Below, one piece after another: positions 23,897 through 28,336 of a DNA stretch of 28,336 nt (positions are counted from its first letter, which is position 1; every line of letters starts with the position of its first letter). Below the pieces are notes generated by a model, which worked only from the letters and a program-made list of their open reading frames with translations, was not told the origin of the DNA and made no database searches. The stretch is from positions 1,210 through 29,545 of the forward strand of contig CAZQNA010000015.1 in NCBI GenBank assembly GCA_964594835.1, read 5' to 3'. A program made the position numbers and the translations under genes. This DNA is from an uncultured Nitrososphaerota archaeon (lineage in GTDB: Archaea > Korarchaeota > Korarchaeia > Korarchaeales > Korarchaeaceae).

Positions 23897-25854
23897 CACT
23901 CCGGCCAGCCCAGTGCCCTCCTCTTCTCCAGGATGTGAGCCATGATGGCCTCGGCAGCCTTCACCGGGTCGGGCTCTACTAAGAACTTCCCTCCCACAAG
24001 GTCCTCCGCCTTGTCGGTGAGTATCTCAACGACCTTCTTGCTCCCAAGCACCGGAGGAACCGTCCCCAGGTGCACCAGCAGTCCGGACGCCACGAAGTAG
24101 GAGCCGATGGAGACAGCCTTCTCGCTCATCCACTCTGGCGCAGACCCCGCTGCCGGGAGGTCAGGTATGTCAACTCCAAGGTGCTCCGCCAGCGCCGCCA
24201 GGGCTATCAGCATCCTGGAGCAGTCTACGCAGCTTCCCATGTGCAGGGCTGGCGGGATGCCGAGGGCCTTGCAGACCTCCTTCAGCCCAGGTCCGGCAAG
24301 CTCGGCGGCCTCTGGGAGGAGCAGGCCGTGCTTTCCCATGGCGATGGCCCAGCAGCCGGTGCCCACAATGAGGACATCCCTCTTAATCAGCTCCTTCGTC
24401 AGAGTAACGTGGCTGTGGTCGTGCTTGACCTTTGGGTTGACGCAGCCCACGATTCCGACGATCCCCTTTATCTTCCCCGTCCTCAGAGCCTCAGCGAGGG
24501 GCTCGAGCGTGCCTCCAAGAGCCTCTAGTATGGCCTCAACGCTGAATCCGGCCACGAGTTCTGACTTCTCCTTCGGTATCATTACCCTGGCGGGATTTCT
24601 ATTCTTGAAGTTCTCGACAGCAATCCTCACGATCTTCCTCGCGGTCTCGATGGCGTTGGCCTTGTCGAACTCGATGTGTATTGCGCCGGGGATGTGGGCC
24701 TTAGGCTCCGTCGTTATCACCTTGGTGTGGTAGCAGGAGGCAACGTCCACGATCGCCGGCATGATGCACTGGTAGTCCACAATGACGGCCTCGAGAGCGC
24801 CGGTGGCTATGGCGAGCTCCTGCTGGAGCATGTTGCCAGCTATGGGGACGCCAAGCCTCATGAGCACCTCGTTACCGGTGCAGCACATCCCGACGACGTT
24901 TATCCCGCCCGTCGCACCGAGGTCCTTTGCCATCTGAACCAGCTCGGGGTCGCTGGCGACCTCGGCGATCTTCATGGACAGAACAGGGTTGTGGCCGTGC
25001 ACCAGTATGTTGACCGCGTCCTCTCTCAGCACCCCGAGGTTCGCCACAGCTCTGAGCGGTTTCGGCGTCCCGAACATGACGTCGCTGAGGAGCGTGGCCA
25101 TCATGGAACCGCTCCATCCGTCCGCGAGGGCGCACCTGAGCCCCTGGGCAATGAGCGTGAGCGGGTCCGCGTCGACGCCCATGTGCGTTCTGTGCATTAT
25201 CTCCGTGATCTCTCTGTCAATCGCGCGGGGCATTATCCCGACCTTATTCCATACCTCCTTCCGCTTCTTGGGGGCGTAGGCCTCCACCAGTCTGAGGGGC
25301 TCCTCTCCAGGCTTGCCGAACTCCCACTCCATTATCTCGGCAACTTCCTTCGCTAAGTCGTTCAGCTCCCTGCCCTCAACCTCCAGCCCGAGGGCGCGGG
25401 CTATCCCCCTCAGCTTCTCCGGGTCTTTGATCTCGTAATCCTTGGCCCATCCGTCAGGTATCCCCTTGAAGACTTCCACAATGTCCCTGGCGTGATCGCT
25501 GTGAGCGGCGGCCCCTGCGGCGAGCATCCGCATAAGGTTCCTTGCCACTATCGTGTCGGCAGTGGCCCCGCAGACTCCCCTCTGGGGGCCGTATCCGAAC
25601 GGATCGATTCTGCACGGTCCCATGTTGCAGTTCCTGCAGCATACCCCCAGAAGGCCAAACCCGCACTGCGGCTGCTGGGCCAGGTACCTGTGCCAGGCTG
25701 TCTCGGCGCCGTCCATCTCGGCCTTCTCTAGGAGCTGTGAGACTGTGGGGTCAATGGAGACGGTCTCGTAGAACTCCCTCCTCGCGCTCCTCATGAGCCT
25801 CTCGTAGATCCTCTCGGAACCGGGCTTGTCTCCCTCAACCCCCGCTGCAGTCAT
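23896..25854 (-). CDS. cooS: Anaerobic Ni,Fe carbon monoxide dehydrogenase catalytic subunit
   Basis: D/B clusters QCGFGLLGVCCRNCNMGPCRI and GVCGA; AAHSDH; C-cluster ligands HGHNP, GMCCTGNE, DYQCIMP, VGCVNP, TGCW, HMGSCVD; EWMSEKA. All canonical ligands are present. Confidence 0.96.
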   Translation of the reverse strand: MTAAGVEGDKPGSERIYERLMRSARREFYETVSIDPTVSQLLEKAEMDGAETAWHRYLAQQPQCGFGLLGVCCRNCNMGPCRIDPFGYGPQRGVCGATADTIVARNLMRMLAAGAAAHSDHARDIVEVFKGIPDGWAKDYEIKDPEKLRGIARALGLEVEGRELNDLAKEVAEIMEWEFGKPGEEPLRLVEAYAPKKRKEVWNKVGIMPRAIDREITEIMHRTHMGVDADPLTLIAQGLRCALADGWSGSMMATLLSDVMFGTPKPLRAVANLGVLREDAVNILVHGHNPVLSMKIAEVASDPELVQMAKDLGATGGINVVGMCCTGNEVLMRLGVPIAGNMLQQELAIATGALEAVIVDYQCIMPAIVDVASCYHTKVITTEPKAHIPGAIHIEFDKANAIETARKIVRIAVENFKNRNPARVMIPKEKSELVAGFSVEAILEALGGTLEPLAEALRTGKIKGIVGIVGCVNPKVKHDHSHVTLTKELIKRDVLIVGTGCWAIAMGKHGLLLPEAAELAGPGLKEVCKALGIPPALHMGSCVDCSRMLIALAALAEHLGVDIPDLPAAGSAPEWMSEKAVSIGSYFVASGLLVHLGTVPPVLGSKKVVEILTDKAEDLVGGKFLVEPDPVKAAEAIMAHILEKRRALGWPE

Positions 25855-26474
25855 TCAGACCACCTCACGGTCTCATACATTTCCCTGAGAGATGCGAGGG
25901 GGGACTTAGGAGCCTTCTCAACGGGCCTGGCGTATACCACAGCCGCCTCCGCGAGACCCAGCACCATATCCGCGGCCCTTCTGATCTTCTCCCGGTCAAG
26001 GATGTCCTCCGCCCTGCCGTATCTGAGGGCACCAGTTGGGCAGGCCTCGACGCACGCTGGCGGGAGTCCAGCCCTGAACCTATCCACGCAGTGATCACAC
26101 TTCACCACCTTCCTCCTGAAGTCGTAGGTCGGGTGGCCGAAGGGACAAGCGAGAAGGCACGTCCGGCAGCCTATGCACTTCTCGAGATCAGATACGACGA
26201 AGCCCTCCTCAGTCCGGTGCATGGCCCCAGTTGGGCAGGCCTCGATGCACGGGGCCGGATCACAGTGCATGCACCTCATGGGAACGTAGACGCCGGCGGC
26301 CGGAACTACCTTCGTCCTCGGCTTCGGGGCGGGGTCCTCGAAGACGGCCTTGTACAGCTCCCTTGAAGAGGAGTGCTCAACCGCACAAGCTATCTCGCAG
26401 CTCCTGCACCCCACGCATCTCTCGGGATCAACGTAGATGAGGTATTCCAGGTAGCTCGGAGGGACGGTTGTCAT
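25851..26474 (-). CDS. cooF: CODH-associated 4x[4Fe-4S] electron-transfer protein CooF
   Basis: CVGCRSCEIACAVEH, CMHCDPAPCIEACP, CIGCRTCLLACPFG, KCDHC...PPACVEACP; its stop overlaps the cooS start. Confidence 0.9.
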   Translation of the reverse strand: MTTVPPSYLEYLIYVDPERCVGCRSCEIACAVEHSSSRELYKAVFEDPAPKPRTKVVPAAGVYVPMRCMHCDPAPCIEACPTGAMHRTEEGFVVSDLEKCIGCRTCLLACPFGHPTYDFRRKVVKCDHCVDRFRAGLPPACVEACPTGALRYGRAEDILDREKIRRAADMVLGLAEAAVVYARPVEKAPKSPLASLREMYETVRWSE

Positions 26475-26504
26475 TCATCCCCCCAGGTGAACTCCGAACC
26501 CGCT

Positions 26505-26538
26505 CAAGAAAAATTCTCCGATTTAGGTAAAAAATTTG
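26505..26538 (-). promoter_or_regulatory. Promoter/operator region of the coo-hdr operon
   Basis: Minus strand CAAATTTTTTACCTAAATCGGAGAATTTTTCTTG: AT-rich, TATA-like TTTTTA about 55 bp upstream of cooF, with a motif shared with the corQ upstream region. Confidence 0.5.
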
Positions 26539-26539
26539 A

Positions 26540-27697
26540 CTAACTTCGTTCCTTTAACATGAGGTTAAAACGGACGATCCCGAGTCCGGCCTTGTAGTCG
26601 CGGTAGGACCGAACCAGCTCGAGAGCCTCTGGCGTGAGAACCACACCTCCTCGACCGGTGCCGCCTTTCCAAGACTCAAAGAGCCTGAACCCCAACGCGG
26701 ACTCCATCCTCTTGAGCCTCCTGTATACCGCAGGGGGAGACAGTCCAAGGCTCCTCGCGACGGCGCTAAGGCTTCCCGTGGACTCCAGCAGCGATAGCAC
26801 GTCCAAGTCATCTTCATCCAGTATCAGGCCATCCTTGGTTACGAGTCTGAGGGAGGGGATGAACGAATAGACCGATGATCGCTCTATCAGCTCGCATCCA
26901 GATCCGAGGATGCTACGGAGCTCGTCGGGTCCATAAGCGGGATTGAGTTGACCCAGCATCGGACACTTCCCGACCAGGCCGGATGGATCCATGTAGATTA
27001 TCCTGCACTCCCTCTGGCACTTGGGACCTGAGAGGAGGTACACGGGGAAGTCTCGGTGGAAGGTGACCCGCATCTCATATATGCCCATGAGCTCACCGAA
27101 GGGATCGGAGACGTCGTAACCCCGGGCCTGCATGGCCTTAACGACATCCGTGGGACACTTGGTAACTGGGCAGAAGACCGGCGGCGAGATCCACACTTGA
27201 AGCCCCCATGATCTGCCGATGTTAATCATCTCCACGAGCTCATCGTCGTTCACGCCCGGGACATAGATGGACATCAGCCTGATTGATTTACCAGCCATGA
27301 GGAGCTTCCTGACAAATCTCTTGGCTCGCTTGAGATTTGATGTCGTGTAGCAGAACAGAAATATTTCGTCAGCCATCAAGAGCCTCTCGGGCGACCTCTC
27401 GCGAGACCCGGCTGCGGCGGGAACGAACACGTGGGATTTAAGTCCCCTGTCGGCCGACGCCGAGATGAGTTCTTCCACCTTTGGGTTGGCCAATGGGTTT
27501 GGGCACGTGTAGTAAACGTCCGGCCTCAAACCGGACCCAATCAGAGAGTCCAAGAAGGCCTCGAGTCTACTAGGCTCGAGGAAAGTCTGAGGAGGAACCC
27601 TCTCCTCAGCGCGCGGGCAGTAGGAGCAGGCAGAGTCGCAACCCTCTACGGGCCTGACAACCGCTATCGCTTCGGCTCTACCTGCCAGTAGGCTCAA
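26540..27697 (-). CDS. corR: CorR-like transcriptional regulator: N-terminal radical-SAM-like Fe-S domain plus C-terminal ModE/LysR-type winged HTH
   Basis: CDSACSYC (CxxxCxxC) near the N-terminus; KCQRECRIIYMDPSGLVGKCP (SPASM/twitch-like); C-terminal TGSLSAVARSLGLSPPAVYRRLKRMESALGFRLFESWKGGTGRGGVVLTPEA (ModE/LysR HTH). A V4R gene plus LysR-HTH gene next to cooFSC matches the CorQR arrangement of Thermococcus onnurineus; the symbol rests on synteny. Confidence 0.72.
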   Translation of the reverse strand: MSLLAGRAEAIAVVRPVEGCDSACSYCPRAEERVPPQTFLEPSRLEAFLDSLIGSGLRPDVYYTCPNPLANPKVEELISASADRGLKSHVFVPAAAGSRERSPERLLMADEIFLFCYTTSNLKRAKRFVRKLLMAGKSIRLMSIYVPGVNDDELVEMINIGRSWGLQVWISPPVFCPVTKCPTDVVKAMQARGYDVSDPFGELMGIYEMRVTFHRDFPVYLLSGPKCQRECRIIYMDPSGLVGKCPMLGQLNPAYGPDELRSILGSGCELIERSSVYSFIPSLRLVTKDGLILDEDDLDVLSLLESTGSLSAVARSLGLSPPAVYRRLKRMESALGFRLFESWKGGTGRGGVVLTPEALELVRSYRDYKAGLGIVRFNLMLKERS

Positions 27698-28245
27698 CGG
27701 CTGAGCCCTCCCTCTAGAATCTCTGCCTCAAATACGCAGACATCCTTCCCGGTGGCCTGGCACTCCCTCTCGATCATGGGGCCTATCCTAATGCCGGTGA
27801 TGTCCTCCACGAGGGCGGCTAATAGCCCGGCCGTGAAGTGACAGACCGGAGAGTCGGACCTCCTTCCTCTGGCCTCGAATGAGTTTCTTACCTTCACCAC
27901 GACTCTTTCCTTTTCTAGACTAATTGACAAGATGTCGCCAAATCCGAGTGATCTGTAAACTCTCTTGGCCGCATCTAGCATCTCGCCGAGAGACAGCTTC
28001 TCCTTGGTCGAGACTATGCCCTTGGAGTCGTGGACCTTCATCATCCTGTAGGCGGAGTAGTACAGGACCGGCCTGAGGCCCTTCTCGCCTACGAAGACGG
28101 AGAGTCCGGCCATGAAGTCCGCCCACCACTTCGTGGACATCAGAAACATGTCCTTCAGCACGACCCTGCCGAAGTGGGGGATGTCGACCTCGGCCCGGAG
28201 CACCCCTTTTCTCTCGGGGTCCTCTTCGATGACCCGAAGGCTCAT
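27694..28245 (-). CDS. corQ: V4R (4-vinyl reductase) domain protein, CorQ-like sensor
   Basis: LGFGDI...VRNSFEA...PVCHFTAGLLAALVE...ERECQATGKDVCVFE is the V4R Cys/Glu metal site; its stop overlaps the corR start. Confidence 0.78.
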   Translation of the reverse strand: MSLRVIEEDPERKGVLRAEVDIPHFGRVVLKDMFLMSTKWWADFMAGLSVFVGEKGLRPVLYYSAYRMMKVHDSKGIVSTKEKLSLGEMLDAAKRVYRSLGFGDILSISLEKERVVVKVRNSFEARGRRSDSPVCHFTAGLLAALVEDITGIRIGPMIERECQATGKDVCVFEAEILEGGLSR

Positions 28246-28336
28246 CTCCGTATCGGTAAAAATCCGAATGAGGGATCAAAATAACGATTTATCGGACAGT
28301 AAAAACGGCACTGACCCGCGGCAGTGAGCCATGTGA

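Noticed and set aside
18967-25854. Evidence for methanogenesis or the Wood-Ljungdahl pathway
   Set aside because: CooS is the monofunctional type with no acsB/cdh genes, and HdrABC-MvhD is widespread in non-methanogens; no mcr or mtr here.
26540-26830. ModE-type tungstate/molybdate regulator controlling the three AOR genes
   Set aside because: Only the HTH is ModE-like, there is no TOBE/molybdate-binding domain, and the gene is coupled to the V4R gene directly upstream of cooF, about 15 kb from the AORs. Not strictly excluded.

Overview
GC-rich archaeal DNA (GGAGGTGA Shine-Dalgarno sites, BRE/TATA-like promoters, AGG-Arg/ATA-Ile codon use; probably a thermophilic anaerobe) with three blocks. 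(1) 1-2150: a secreted 8-repeat DxDGDG beta-propeller protein that runs off the window edge, and a small membrane protein. (2) 2298-18627: an apparent anaerobic purine/N-heterocycle uptake and catabolism locus. It has a BMP-type nucleoside ABC transporter, three tungsten aldehyde:ferredoxin oxidoreductase (AOR)-family paralogs with two 4Fe-4S partner subunits, a PreA/DHODH-like flavo-Fe-S reductase lacking the catalytic Cys, an allantoinase/hydantoinase-type amidohydrolase and a divergent ssnA. It resembles the bacterial reductive urate/2,8-dioxopurine pathway, with W-AORs where Mo xanthine dehydrogenases normally sit. (3) 18722-28245: a CO-oxidation operon corQ-corR-cooF-cooS-cooC-hdrA-mvhD(+ferredoxin)-hdrC-hdrB-cooT, with CODH wired to a heterodisulfide reductase rather than a hydrogenase or ACS. 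Its regulator appears to be a radical-SAM-fold Fe-S domain fused to a ModE/LysR-type HTH. All calls come from motif recognition by eye; no searches were run.
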